A stretch of DNA of 40,442 nucleotides from a virus: the IMG/VR virus record IMGVR_UViG_3300031949_000092, positions 1-40,442 of that record; one strand, written 5' to 3'. Positions within the stretch are counted from its first letter, which is position 1. Each line of letters starts with the position of its first letter. The notes under the pieces are model-generated. The model ran no database searches and was not told the origin of the DNA. It worked only from the letters and a program-made list of their open reading frames with translations. Shown here one piece after another: positions 1 through 9,001 of this stretch. A program made the translations under genes and the position numbers.

Positions 1-127
1 ATTTGCCTCTGTTTCACCCACCGTCGTTACTGCCGTTCCCGAAGTAAAAGTTCCACTGCGATTTATGTCATAGACAGGCGTTACGGAATCCCCTGAAACT
101 AACGGTTCAAAAGTTATTTCTAATTTA
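1..127. repeat. 127-bp terminal direct repeat, identical to 40316-40442; a circular-assembly overlap
   Basis: Bases 1-127 are identical to 40316-40442. The repeat lies inside an ORF that reads through the junction in frame. Confidence 0.95.
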
Positions 128-1725
128 ACTGCTTGTTTTGTTTTATTGGGGTCACCGTTGTCAAAAATTCTCGAACGCCATTTAGCTGTTTCATTAGTAG
201 ATTGGTCGTCAGCCTCGACCTTATCAATTCCGTAACTTGTATTATCTCGCCAACCGATATATAAATCTGTTCCAAATGCTTTTACCGCACCAATTTTCAA
301 AGTAGTCCCCTGAGTCGTGCCTGTTGAAATTATGTAGGGAAAATTAAGCGTATTTGTCAACTCCGATGCTTGACTGCCAAACTCATAAACACCCTGCTCA
401 ACTCCAGAAGCGTCATCAGTTACCGCACCGTAGCCTATCACAAGCCTTTCCTCGTATTCGTCAATGGCCCCTGGATAGACCTCGATTATTTTAGTATTTA
501 CCAGCTTCGGCACTTTATCTATTATTTTTGTAAAGGGTTTGCTTCCCGTATAAACCGCACCCCGATTCCCGTAAACGCCCACTATCTCGTTCCTATAAGA
601 CCTTGCGGCATTAGGTGCGCCCATAGGCAAGGGTTCCGCATAGTTGTAGGCGCTTTCCAACCCGTCCCAGAAAAAGCGTTTAGACTCCTCGGCTTCGCTG
701 AAACTCTGCCCTTTCCATGCTTCAACTACTAAATATTCTTCGACCGTATAGACGCTCCTTGCCTCAAATCCTGGGTCGAGCTTTATTTTAGTTGGGTTAA
801 AAGTCCCACCCAATCTGTCAAAGAAACCCAAATACCTCTCATTCCCTACAACCCAGCCCCCGAAGAACCTTGCCATCATGTGCCAGGTCGCACTTATCAA
901 AACCCCGTAGTTGACCGTAAACTCTGCACCCTCTAAATCCGTTGCGACTTCGGTATCAACTCCGCCATCCGCAACCGTGGTCGTAACGTGGAAATGGTAA
1001 CTCTCCCCCGGCTCCGTTCTTAAAGGAGAATCAAAAGTAAAAGTATTATCCCCGACCACTACTGAGCCGTTCACAATAGTTTCGCTCCCCACGCTTCTAT
1101 TGTTTACGTCATGTAAAGTAATTGTCCAATCTCCCGAACCCACAACGTCTATGTCTATAACTATTGAAACCACAGGGTCGCCCCCAGTTGACACGTTTGA
1201 AGTTGCCGTAAAGCTCTGCCTTGCCGTTGCCGCCTCGGAAATCGAAGTGGGTGGTACATAATCGGTTGCACCAGTTCCCCCACCTGTTGTTTGTAAATCC
1301 GAAGTGTTGTGCCAACTAGTCAAAGCGTCATCAAACGCCGGAGAATTATCTAAGGGAAAATACCTGCCTATATTTGTAGCCAAAGCATAATAAAGCCCGT
1401 TATCGTGGACTACCAAACCCTCGCCTGCACCTCCGCTTACCGTTCTTAATAAACTAACCGAGTCGGCGTTGCTTATCGCATAAATCTTGCCTGCTGAGTC
1501 GTAAGCATATCGATTGGTAGACCAAGGGCTACCGTCCTCGAAAAAGTAGGGAAGTCCAGTTACAGTAGTTGAGCTTATCTTGGTAGTTTTCTTGGCTAAA
1601 GTTAAATAATTGGGGTCAGAGAATATATTGGCGCATTTTATAAACCTTGCACTATTTTCAATTCCTGATTTAGAAGAAATTGTAGAAATACCCCCAGCCC
1701 AATTATTTATTTTGAGAGAAGCCAT
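1..1725 (-). CDS. Virion tail/baseplate-like structural protein: N-terminal 575 codons of a 618-aa wrap-around CDS that continues at 40315-40184
   Basis: I checked every minus-strand triplet from 1725 to 1 and found no stop. ATG is at 1725-1723 with an in-frame TAA upstream at 1737-1735. It is absent from the ORF track because it runs off the window edge. Confidence 0.85.
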   Translation of the reverse strand, partial: MASLKINNWAGGISTISSKSGIENSARFIKCANIFSDPNYLTLAKKTTKISSTTVTGLPYFFEDGSPWSTNRYAYDSAGKIYAISNADSVSLLRTVSGGAGEGLVVHDNGLYYALATNIGRYFPLDNSPAFDDALTSWHNTSDLQTTGGGTGATDYVPPTSISEAATARQSFTATSNVSTGGDPVVSIVIDIDVVGSGDWTITLHDVNNRSVGSETIVNGSVVVGDNTFTFDSPLRTEPGESYHFHVTTTVADGGVDTEVATDLEGAEFTVNYGVLISATWHMMARFFGGWVVGNERYLGFFDRLGGTFNPTKIKLDPGFEARSVYTVEEYLVVEAWKGQSFSEAEESKRFFWDGLESAYNYAEPLPMGAPNAARSYRNEIVGVYGNRGAVYTGSKPFTKIIDKVPKLVNTKIIEVYPGAIDEYEERLVIGYGAVTDDASGVEQGVYEFGSQASELTNTLNFPYIISTGTTQGTTLKIGAVKAFGTDLYIGWRDNTSYGIDKVEADDQSTNETAKWRSRIFDNGDPNKTKQAVKLEITFEPLVSGDSVTPVYDINRSGTFTSGTAVTTVGETEAN

Positions 1726-1742
1726 TACTCTATTTTACACCA
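1726..1742 (-). promoter_or_regulatory. -10-like box TAAAAT placed 6 nt from the ATG (leaderless-type promoter variant)
   Basis: Minus strand reads TGGTGTAAAATAGAGTA-ATG. Spacing matches the TATAAT family. No SD is present. Confidence 0.5.
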
Positions 1743-2708
1743 TCAGGAGAGGGTACTCGCCCAAACTTTCAAACGTGCGTCTCCTGAAGTTTTCTTTCTT
1801 CTTACGAGTTGCGAGGAGTTTCTGTCTCTGTAGTCATTAATCAAGCCAATCAAACCGCCTGCCCAGTTCGGTTCTTTTCTTGCCTGATTCTTGCTTACGT
1901 TAAAGTCCCCTGTCCAAAACATATTGTTCCAGTTTTGAGCCTTAGTCAGGCTTTGCCTGAACGAGGCGTAATAATCAGCCAATGCTCCCCAAGCTGGTAA
2001 CTCGTGGTATTCCTCTGGAATCTCAGAACATTGTCCAATCTTATAAGTAACCGTACTTTCCGTGGATTCTTCAAACACCGATTCTAGCTCTAAAATTAAC
2101 GCTGATGTGACTGATCCTATGCGATACCAACTTCCGCGGGGTTCTCCGTTAGAATCCGTAAGTACAAAAAAATCCCCAGGTCTGACATTGGAAAGTGTAC
2201 TCCATGCTGCAGTTCCAGCCTCAGTAACAGTCTCATCATTTTCGGTTACAACTACTGTTCCAGTAGAATAATCTGTGCGTACCAGACCGCCCCCACGCAG
2301 AGAATATTCAATTGTTCCTGTATAAACCGCTTGTGGAATTGGATATATTCCTACATCTCGCTGCCTCTTATAAAAATAAAGTGGAATTGCACCCGCCTGT
2401 ATATCAAGAGCGTTAAGTCTTGCCCATTCATTGTTTGAGTGAATTGGCGTTAAAGGATAGTCCACCGAGCCTATCGTAATCACCAAGCTCTCGATTTCTT
2501 TTATTTCGGGCGGATAGTGATAATACTGTTGCGAAGCTACGGTACTGAAAGTTCTCACAATTTCTGTTAAGTAAGATGGAAGTTTACTAACAACGAAGTT
2601 ATCCCTTGAATTTATATGCCTTTTGAAAAAGGTTTGAGATGCGGTTGAAGTGTCCTTTCCCGCTCCGTCCTGAGCAATTCGTATTTGGTCTCCAAAAGTT
2701 AATCTCAT
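1743..2708 (-). CDS. Virion structural protein (possible adaptor or tail-tubular protein)
   Basis: 321-aa ORF in the tail module with a leaderless-type promoter at its ATG. I recognised no motif. Confidence 0.7.
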   Translation of the reverse strand: MRLTFGDQIRIAQDGAGKDTSTASQTFFKRHINSRDNFVVSKLPSYLTEIVRTFSTVASQQYYHYPPEIKEIESLVITIGSVDYPLTPIHSNNEWARLNALDIQAGAIPLYFYKRQRDVGIYPIPQAVYTGTIEYSLRGGGLVRTDYSTGTVVVTENDETVTEAGTAAWSTLSNVRPGDFFVLTDSNGEPRGSWYRIGSVTSALILELESVFEESTESTVTYKIGQCSEIPEEYHELPAWGALADYYASFRQSLTKAQNWNNMFWTGDFNVSKNQARKEPNWAGGLIGLINDYRDRNSSQLVRRKKTSGDARLKVWASTLS

Positions 2709-2723
2709 ATTTAATTATAACAC
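2709..2723 (-). promoter_or_regulatory. Extended -10 promoter fused to the ATG (GTGTTATAATTAAAT-ATG)
   Basis: TGnTATAAT with 5 nt to the A of the ATG at 2708. Identical copies are at 9272 and 13966. Confidence 0.65.
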
Positions 2724-2727
2724 TTAG

Positions 2728-4527
2728 TTATCTGGGAAATAATAAACTGTTGTCTGAAATAATGTCTTTAATTGCTGTCCCTCCTCCTCCTGCCGTATAG
2801 GTGCAGTAGATGGAATATTTATTGGTATCATGGTCAGCGGTAATAGGAGTAGTCCAAGTCCCATCTCCAACATAGGTATCTGTTGTGGACATATGTCCTT
2901 GATTTGCTGCACCAGAATCATAATATAAAGTAAGAGTTGTGTTGGCATTTCCTATACCAACAATATAATCAACTGCACTAATAGTGGCTCCAGCAGTATT
3001 AACAGTTACCCATGAGGCAGAACCATTTGCATCCTGACTCCAATCATTACCATCAACAAAAGAAAGGTCACTATGTAAATAAAGTGCCACTCCTGTTGTA
3101 GGTGCAGGGCAACTAAAGTAGGCTGTAATGGAAGTCGAGTCCCCTGCCGCACCTGCAAAAACAGAGCCACCATATTTATACTGGCTTGTTATTTCACCAC
3201 CAGTTCCACCGATACTCTCATACCCAAACGTAGGATTGTCTTTAGCTCTGAATGAAGCCATTGCTATTGCCCAATGGTCAGCTCCTATTGTATGAGTAAA
3301 AGTAGTTTCTGCGGCATTTCCTTGTAATTCATATTGTGCGGCAGTATTCCATACCCCCTCGTCTGTTGCGTAAAGTAAAGTTTTATTTCTTCCTGTCTCA
3401 GCAGTATTTAACTCATGCGACATAATATCCACAATTATTTGGAGGTTCATTGTCGGGGTTATAGAATTTGAAGGATTGGCGGTTGTACCAGTTCCACCAC
3501 CAGTTTGGTCTAGGACCGTAGATTGCTCTTGATGTGCATTAACAAAAGAAGAAGCAATTGCTCTTATGCTAAGACTCGGAGTGTTGGGAATACTTATTGT
3601 GTTTGCACCAGAAGTAGGATTAGTTAAATACCACATTTCAGCAGAAGCACCAGGAAACCCTCCAGCACCAGCTTTCACCTGAGTGATTCCAGCTTGACTC
3701 ATTGCTACCCCATTATAAGTCGGCGCACCCCCGCTTCTAGCCACATCATCTCTCCAAGCCAATCCTAATGTTAGCAACCTGTCCGTACCTGTACAAGTAT
3801 GAGAGAAAGTTAGAGGACTTGCCGTTCCAGTTGTTGTTGATTTTGCATCAAAAACTGGGGGAGTCGGGCTTCCGATTAAAACTGGGTAAGTGGCATTGTC
3901 TAAAAACTCTTGAGGGATAGTTTTGGTCATTAACCCCGTTCCATCCTCATTAATAGTTATATTTAATTCTCCATAAACCCATTTACCTGTTGCGTCTATT
4001 GCCTCTGGTCTATAAATATGTAAGGCTTTACCTGCTTTATATTCCATTCCATCGCTTCGATTTATTCCTCCTTTGGTTTTGTGATAAACAGCGTAAGAAC
4101 CCACTACATTATCAGGTCTTTCAGCACCCCCATCTATTTCCTGTTGAGTAAGAGGAGGTTGGTAAAAGAAGTCTAATCCTTTAGTCTGAATGGTAAACTC
4201 AATCTTATTTGAAGTCGGTTTCTCTTTTAATATAACCTCAAACTTAAATCCATCTTCTTGATGACTTATATCGGGTACAAATTCGTAGAAGTGGACTTCT
4301 TTAGTTCCATTTACAAGTTTAATTTTCTCTGCTTCGGTTGAAACTACATAATTGTCAAAGTCTTTTAACCTAAAACTCGCATTTACCTCATTGTCCCACC
4401 GCATTATCTTAACCTGTGGAAAAAAAAGGTGTGGTTGTTTTGAATCCCCTAACTCTAATTGTATTTTGTCAAGGTAGTGTTCCTTCGGAGTAGCATAATA
4501 GGTATTATTCTTAAATTCATAATCCAT
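2728..4527 (-). CDS. Tail/fibre-associated structural protein
   Basis: 599-aa ORF rich in Gly, Thr and Ser. It starts 2 nt after the fibre gene stop. Confidence 0.7.
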   Translation of the reverse strand: MDYEFKNNTYYATPKEHYLDKIQLELGDSKQPHLFFPQVKIMRWDNEVNASFRLKDFDNYVVSTEAEKIKLVNGTKEVHFYEFVPDISHQEDGFKFEVILKEKPTSNKIEFTIQTKGLDFFYQPPLTQQEIDGGAERPDNVVGSYAVYHKTKGGINRSDGMEYKAGKALHIYRPEAIDATGKWVYGELNITINEDGTGLMTKTIPQEFLDNATYPVLIGSPTPPVFDAKSTTTGTASPLTFSHTCTGTDRLLTLGLAWRDDVARSGGAPTYNGVAMSQAGITQVKAGAGGFPGASAEMWYLTNPTSGANTISIPNTPSLSIRAIASSFVNAHQEQSTVLDQTGGGTGTTANPSNSITPTMNLQIIVDIMSHELNTAETGRNKTLLYATDEGVWNTAAQYELQGNAAETTFTHTIGADHWAIAMASFRAKDNPTFGYESIGGTGGEITSQYKYGGSVFAGAAGDSTSITAYFSCPAPTTGVALYLHSDLSFVDGNDWSQDANGSASWVTVNTAGATISAVDYIVGIGNANTTLTLYYDSGAANQGHMSTTDTYVGDGTWTTPITADHDTNKYSIYCTYTAGGGGTAIKDIISDNSLLFPR

Positions 4528-4529
4528 GT

Positions 4530-7067
4530 TTATATTTCATATCCTACTACCGTTACATAAACATTACCTGCCGTAGTCGTAATTATTAGATCAGCTGCAT
4601 CCTCTCCTGAATACCAAGGCACAGGGAATGACTGTACATATCCCGAATTTGCCGCCATCTCCATCTTCCAAATAGCACTATCTCCTCCCGCTAAATCATC
4701 TTCTAAAGTAACTGTTGCTGCTGCTGAAATCCCAATAAAAATGCTTGTGATATACCATCTCTTGCCTGCCGCAGGACTCCAGATTATACCGTCTGTTACC
4801 GCACCGGCATTTGTGTAGTATTTCTTGACATGAACCGTTGCTTCTGCCGCCAAATCCTGCTCAGGAACTCCGGGCTTAGTGTATTGGTATCCCCTTAAAT
4901 CAAAATAAGCATTTACCCTATCATTTGCGGCTACTGCTGCTGAGGCTGAAAGTGCTTTACCACCGATTTTTACAGGTTCTCCTGCATCTATTCCGTCGTG
5001 GGCAACGTCCCCTGAAATGCTCGCCCCGTCAGAGGCAGTATTGTCCCAATCATCCATAATAGCTAATGAAGTTGCGGTTGCAGTTGTGTCAATCTCAATA
5101 GCGTCAAGAACTGCGTTGTCGGTTGCCGAAAGGTTGGCAGTAACCGTTCCTGTAACAGTTACGTCATTGTTTACTCCGAGATTGACAACCAAACCCCCTA
5201 CTGTTTCGAGTGCAGCCTGAGTCGCCTCGGTTGCTATTTCAATGGCTGCGGTATCGGCTAAAATTGCCGTAGTGTCGGCCAGTATTGCGTCAGAATTGAA
5301 GTCCTGCACCCACAATGCACCCTCGGCTGTACCTCTTAATCCTATCCAGTCGGCTTCGATAGGGGTAACTGTGGCAAGAGCGTCATCACGCTCCATTACA
5401 GTAGCATTTCCAATTATGGTTGCGGGAGTAGCGACATCTTCGGAATAAACGGTATCATCAATAAGCTGGAGTGCGGTTAATGCGTCACCATCAACTTGAA
5501 CCGCAAAAGTTCCGGCGTTTGTTACTGCATGGGAGGGAACAGAAGCAAGCGATACTGGCTGAGTTGCTTGCCAGAAAGTTCCCGTTACAGCAACCGTCGG
5601 CATTGTCAAAACGTCTACTTGGACTTCAGTTCCTGTAATAGCTCCGTTTAGTGCAGTTAGACCTGCGTTTGTTACAGCCACAGATTCTGAATCAAGGGTT
5701 ATTTTTACATCGGCAGTTTGTCCTGCACCACCAGTTACAGTTACTACATCAGTTGAGGTTAAGTCACGAATGTCTAAGTTGCTTGCGTCAACGGTTAAAG
5801 AGCCTCCGGCATCGCTAATATGTAAAGCACCGTTCGCCGTTATGTTAAAAGGTGCAACATCGCCATCGGTTACCGTTTGGGGAACGGATTGATAAAGCCC
5901 CCCGACAAGTAGGTGTGAAGAAGTATTGTCCGTCCAGTCAGCGTCGTCAATGTAAACCGCATTGTCCAAAAGTTCTACTGCGGTTTGGATTGAAGTCGTG
6001 TCCCCTGCTATCGTGTCTAAATCTGCCGTTTGTAGTGCCAAGTCTGTCGCGGCGGTATCGGGAAGTGTTGCTAGGGTAACATCATTATTAACCCCCAAAT
6101 CAACCGTAACCGTTCCTGCGATTGAAACTGGTTGCGTGGCTTGCCAAAAGGTTCCGGTAACAGCTAGTGAAGCATTAAGAATATCCACCTGAAGGTCGCC
6201 CGAAGTATCAGTATGAACTGCAAAGATATTACTGCCGTCAGTTCCCATAGCAACCGTTCCTGTCGGGTCGGCATTTATATCTCCATCTGAATATTGAGTC
6301 CCTGCACCAGCACCTACATAATCACCATCTGTATTAGTCAAACGAACCGCTAGGGGATTGGAATTTGTGTAATCAAAAACAGTAGTCAGAATAGCAGCGG
6401 TACCGTCTTTTATCATCCCCTGTTGTGTTCCGTCTGTTTGATTAAGTGCAATATCATCTAATACCGCGTTATCTGTTGCTGATAAATTAGCAGTAACTAC
6501 ATCGGTTGCGGTTAAGTTTCTTATATCTAAGTCGGTTGCGGAAACAACCGTTGTTCCTGAAGGGATAACCCACAAAGCGCCATTGGCGTCGACCCTTAAT
6601 CCAATCGCATCTCCCTCAACCGGCGTGAGTGCGGCTAAAGCATCATCCCTTATAGCAACAGCTAAAGTACCTGTTGGAGTTGCCCCCAATGCCGCGTCGA
6701 CTGCGTATTGCGTCCCGCCGCCAACAGAGTCTATATAAGCCCCCGCGGAAGTAACTAACTGGACATAAGCTGCACCGTAGTCTGTTCCTCTTTGGGCTAC
6801 GTTGTCTCCGTCGGTTGTTACTTGGGTAGCGGGGGTATCTGTTCGTATAAGATTAACGGCTGTTCCGACAGGGTTGGTCGCAGCAACAGCATCTTCCGTA
6901 TATTCCGTTCCACCGGCGATAGAAACGTCTGAGGAGTCTAAATGGACATATAAAGCGCCGGTTGCGGACTTTGCCTGTATGGCAATAGAGTCGCCAAGAG
7001 TATCGTCTAGGGCTATCAATCCTTTGACCGCATTCGGGTCTATCGGGGCCTGAGTTTGGATTCCCAT
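4530..7067 (-). CDS. Large tail fibre/spike protein with shuffled internal repeat modules
   Basis: 845 aa rich in T, A, D, G and V. Duplicated motifs include VTGTFWQATQPVS (x2), NLSATDNAVLD (x2), LGVNNDVT (x2) and RDDALA..TPxExDxIGLR..GALWV (x2). Confidence 0.8.
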   Translation of the reverse strand: MGIQTQAPIDPNAVKGLIALDDTLGDSIAIQAKSATGALYVHLDSSDVSIAGGTEYTEDAVAATNPVGTAVNLIRTDTPATQVTTDGDNVAQRGTDYGAAYVQLVTSAGAYIDSVGGGTQYAVDAALGATPTGTLAVAIRDDALAALTPVEGDAIGLRVDANGALWVIPSGTTVVSATDLDIRNLTATDVVTANLSATDNAVLDDIALNQTDGTQQGMIKDGTAAILTTVFDYTNSNPLAVRLTNTDGDYVGAGAGTQYSDGDINADPTGTVAMGTDGSNIFAVHTDTSGDLQVDILNASLAVTGTFWQATQPVSIAGTVTVDLGVNNDVTLATLPDTAATDLALQTADLDTIAGDTTSIQTAVELLDNAVYIDDADWTDNTSSHLLVGGLYQSVPQTVTDGDVAPFNITANGALHISDAGGSLTVDASNLDIRDLTSTDVVTVTGGAGQTADVKITLDSESVAVTNAGLTALNGAITGTEVQVDVLTMPTVAVTGTFWQATQPVSLASVPSHAVTNAGTFAVQVDGDALTALQLIDDTVYSEDVATPATIIGNATVMERDDALATVTPIEADWIGLRGTAEGALWVQDFNSDAILADTTAILADTAAIEIATEATQAALETVGGLVVNLGVNNDVTVTGTVTANLSATDNAVLDAIEIDTTATATSLAIMDDWDNTASDGASISGDVAHDGIDAGEPVKIGGKALSASAAVAANDRVNAYFDLRGYQYTKPGVPEQDLAAEATVHVKKYYTNAGAVTDGIIWSPAAGKRWYITSIFIGISAAATVTLEDDLAGGDSAIWKMEMAANSGYVQSFPVPWYSGEDAADLIITTTAGNVYVTVVGYEI

Positions 7068-7083
7068 TAACTAATTATAGCAC
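7068..7083 (-). promoter_or_regulatory. Extended -10 promoter fused to the ATG (GTGCTATAATTAGTTA-ATG)
   Basis: TGnTATAAT with 6 nt to the ATG at 7067. An identical copy is at 10049. Confidence 0.65.
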
Positions 7084-7084
7084 T

Positions 7085-7405
7085 CTAGTTTAGTATGCTC
7101 TGAACCCTTTGAAGTTTGTCCTGAAGCTCCTGCTCTTTTTTGTCGAGGGCGATTTGCTTGTCGCGGTTGGCTTGGGTTTGCTTGTGAAGTTCTTTTTTGC
7201 TCTTTTCTATCTCTAATCTTTTATTATCAAGCTCTTTTTCTCTTTCTTTTAAGGATTCAAACTTCTTCATCTGCTCGGTAAGCTCGTTTTCCCTCGCTTT
7301 TATTCTTGCCTCGACTAAAGCCACGAAATCGTCAATTTGCTTCATTATGTCGGCTATCTTGCCCCTTATTTCTTTTATGAATTCGCTTGAATCGTCAAAA
7401 ACCAC
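7085..7405 (-). CDS. Coiled-coil protein
   Basis: 106 aa with a charged heptad-like sequence. GTG start is preceded by GGAGG 5 nt upstream, inside the end of the upstream gene. Confidence 0.65.
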   Translation of the reverse strand: MVFDDSSEFIKEIRGKIADIMKQIDDFVALVEARIKARENELTEQMKKFESLKEREKELDNKRLEIEKSKKELHKQTQANRDKQIALDKKEQELQDKLQRVQSILN

Positions 7406-7657
7406 CTAGACCTCCGTTTCTTTATAAAAATCCCTCTCTTGTATGTCGTGTGATATCTTCGGATTGCCTTTCTTGTTAAACATTTCGTCAATTAAAGCCT
7501 TTCTTACGTGTTTTTCGTACATTGAGTCGACTTTGGTGATTTCCTTAGCTTTTAATACCCAAGTCTTGGGGTGTTCACCGCTCAAATCCCAATTAACCGT
7601 CACATTTTTGTTAAGTGGATTGAATACCGATACAAAATTACGCATTTTCTCTTTCAT
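7406..7657 (-). CDS. Hypothetical protein, paralogous to the N-terminal half of 8362-9000
   Basis: Shares the pattern V(F/Y)NP..(5)..V.V.WDL...(W/F).(L/V).AK with the 212-aa protein. Confidence 0.65.
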   Translation of the reverse strand: MKEKMRNFVSVFNPLNKNVTVNWDLSGEHPKTWVLKAKEITKVDSMYEKHVRKALIDEMFNKKGNPKISHDIQERDFYKETEV

Positions 7658-7808
7658 CTTCCCTTTTAATCAAAAGAAGAAGAATCTGAATGAGGTGTTT
7701 TTTGTGAATCCTGCCTTCTTTGTCCAATTGCATAAAAGATTCGTCAAATTTTTCAGGAGGAATTGTGAACCCAAGTATGTTTGAAACCTGTTGTCTAATA
7801 TTTCCCAT
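7638..7808 (-). CDS. Small hypothetical protein (56 aa, below the ORF-track cut-off)
   Basis: ATG directly follows the TAA of the HNH gene. The frame checked open, and it overlaps the next start by 20 nt. Confidence 0.5.
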   Translation of the reverse strand: MGNIRQQVSNILGFTIPPEKFDESFMQLDKEGRIHKKHLIQILLLLIKREDERENA

Positions 7809-8369
7809 TTAAAATTTACTGTTATTCATAAATAATGCTTTTTCAATTGGCCAACCCAGCATATAGATTCTCCTCCAAAAAGTTCCGTACTTTATTCCAA
7901 AATAGTCAGCCCAATTAGCTACTGTATCTCTGATACCTTTAAATTCGATATAGCGATTTCTGTTAGTATTATTGGCCTGTTCTCTTAATGTTACCCATCT
8001 ACAATTTTCCTTAAAATAACCTTTATCATTATCAATCCTGTCAATTTGTAGTTCATCTTTATAACTTAAATACATATCTTCGTAAAAACCCTTAAATGAT
8101 TGCCATTTATCACAAACATTTATCCCACGAGCGCCATATCTACTATAATTCAGTTGATTAGGATTTTGACATCTACGTTTAATTCCCTCCCATATTCTAT
8201 AAAAACGTGTGCCTTCTAAACCGAACGCTTGTCCTGTTTTGGGATTAAAAGAAACTTGTCCTCTTAAAGTTGCCCAATAACATTTATGAGAACAATATTT
8301 TCTTTTTGAAGCTCTATAAGGATATTCTTCAAACTCTTTTTTACAAACTTGACACTTAAATTTATTCAC
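7809..8369 (-). CDS. Free-standing homing-endonuclease-like protein (zinc finger plus IDRIDNDKGY..NCRWVT..EQ.NN module)
   Basis: N-terminal CxxC..CSHKCY finger. The central YRIW..IKRRC..Y..YGARGI and DRID..NCRW motifs are typical of phage HNH-type homing-nuclease families. Confidence 0.6.
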   Translation of the reverse strand: MNKFKCQVCKKEFEEYPYRASKRKYCSHKCYWATLRGQVSFNPKTGQAFGLEGTRFYRIWEGIKRRCQNPNQLNYSRYGARGINVCDKWQSFKGFYEDMYLSYKDELQIDRIDNDKGYFKENCRWVTLREQANNTNRNRYIEFKGIRDTVANWADYFGIKYGTFWRRIYMLGWPIEKALFMNNSKF

Positions 8370-9000
8370 TTATTTTTTTAATCTCCTTCCTATGGGTTCT
8401 GCGGTGACCAAAATAAGCTATTTTAGTTTTAGTTGAAAAATCACAGTTAGGCCAATCACATCTGTATTCACTGTTGTTTTGTTTTGAAACTGTTGTAGGT
8501 TTTGTTTTATCTTCTTGAACACTTGTTAAAATATCTTTGAAATCTCTGGAACCTAGTTCCTCCTGTTCCTTCTGATACATTGGGTCGACACCATATTGAG
8601 TTTCAACTCCCACATACAAAAGCGAGATTATCTTTTTCGCCTCTTCATTGTTTGGATTGTAAAACTTCTGCTCGAATACCATTTGCTCGTTGGTTTTGAA
8701 AGTCTTGTCCATCGCCGCCATGCCTGCGTCTATCCTTCTTTTGTTCTCCTTGACGATAGCGTCATGGGCTTTGTCATTTAGGATTTTGTCGTACATCTCT
8801 TTGATGTATTTCTCGCTAATGTATCTGGGAAAGACAGCCTCTTGCTTGGCTGGCACACGGAATATCTTGCCACCAGAACGCAAATCCCAGATAACAACGG
8901 CATCCTCATCCATCGGGTTGTAAACTCTCAATAAATCATTACTACGTCTCTCAAGTTCAAGTTGATAGCTACTTTTCTTTTTATCAGGAATTACTGGCAT
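8362..9000 (-). CDS. Hypothetical protein with a C-terminal classical C2H2 zinc finger
   Basis: YRCDWPNCDFSTKTKIAYFGHRRTH fits C-X4-C-X12-H-X3-H. The N-terminal half is paralogous to 7406-7657. Confidence 0.65.
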   Translation of the reverse strand: MPVIPDKKKSSYQLELERRSNDLLRVYNPMDEDAVVIWDLRSGGKIFRVPAKQEAVFPRYISEKYIKEMYDKILNDKAHDAIVKENKRRIDAGMAAMDKTFKTNEQMVFEQKFYNPNNEEAKKIISLLYVGVETQYGVDPMYQKEQEELGSRDFKDILTSVQEDKTKPTTVSKQNNSEYRCDWPNCDFSTKTKIAYFGHRRTHRKEIKKISE

Positions 9001-9001
9001 T

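Noticed and set aside
370-732. Plus-strand ORF of 120 aa, and similar plus-strand ORFs such as 5017-5220, 5962-6192, 6802-7053, 11334-11699, 13247-13780, 14677-15006, 16495-16800, 18084-18473, 33763-34113, 37271-37732 and 37904-38485
   Set aside because: All lie antisense inside long, well-supported minus-strand genes. They have odd compositions (Ser/Leu/Cys/Phe-rich) and no promoter or SD context. They are typical shadow ORFs.
1-1742. Possible stop-codon reassignment or a large non-coding region, because the ORF track lists no long ORF here
   Set aside because: The minus-strand frame is fully open in the standard code. The ORF was only missed because it crosses the window boundary. TAA, TAG and TGA all terminate well-supported genes elsewhere: TGA for TerL and GroEL, TAG for portal, TAA for MCP.
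4530-7067. A diversity-generating retroelement (template/variable repeat pair) in the fibre gene
   Set aside because: No reverse transcriptase is present anywhere in the genome. The repeat copies differ at synonymous positions of all nucleotides rather than showing adenine-specific mutation.
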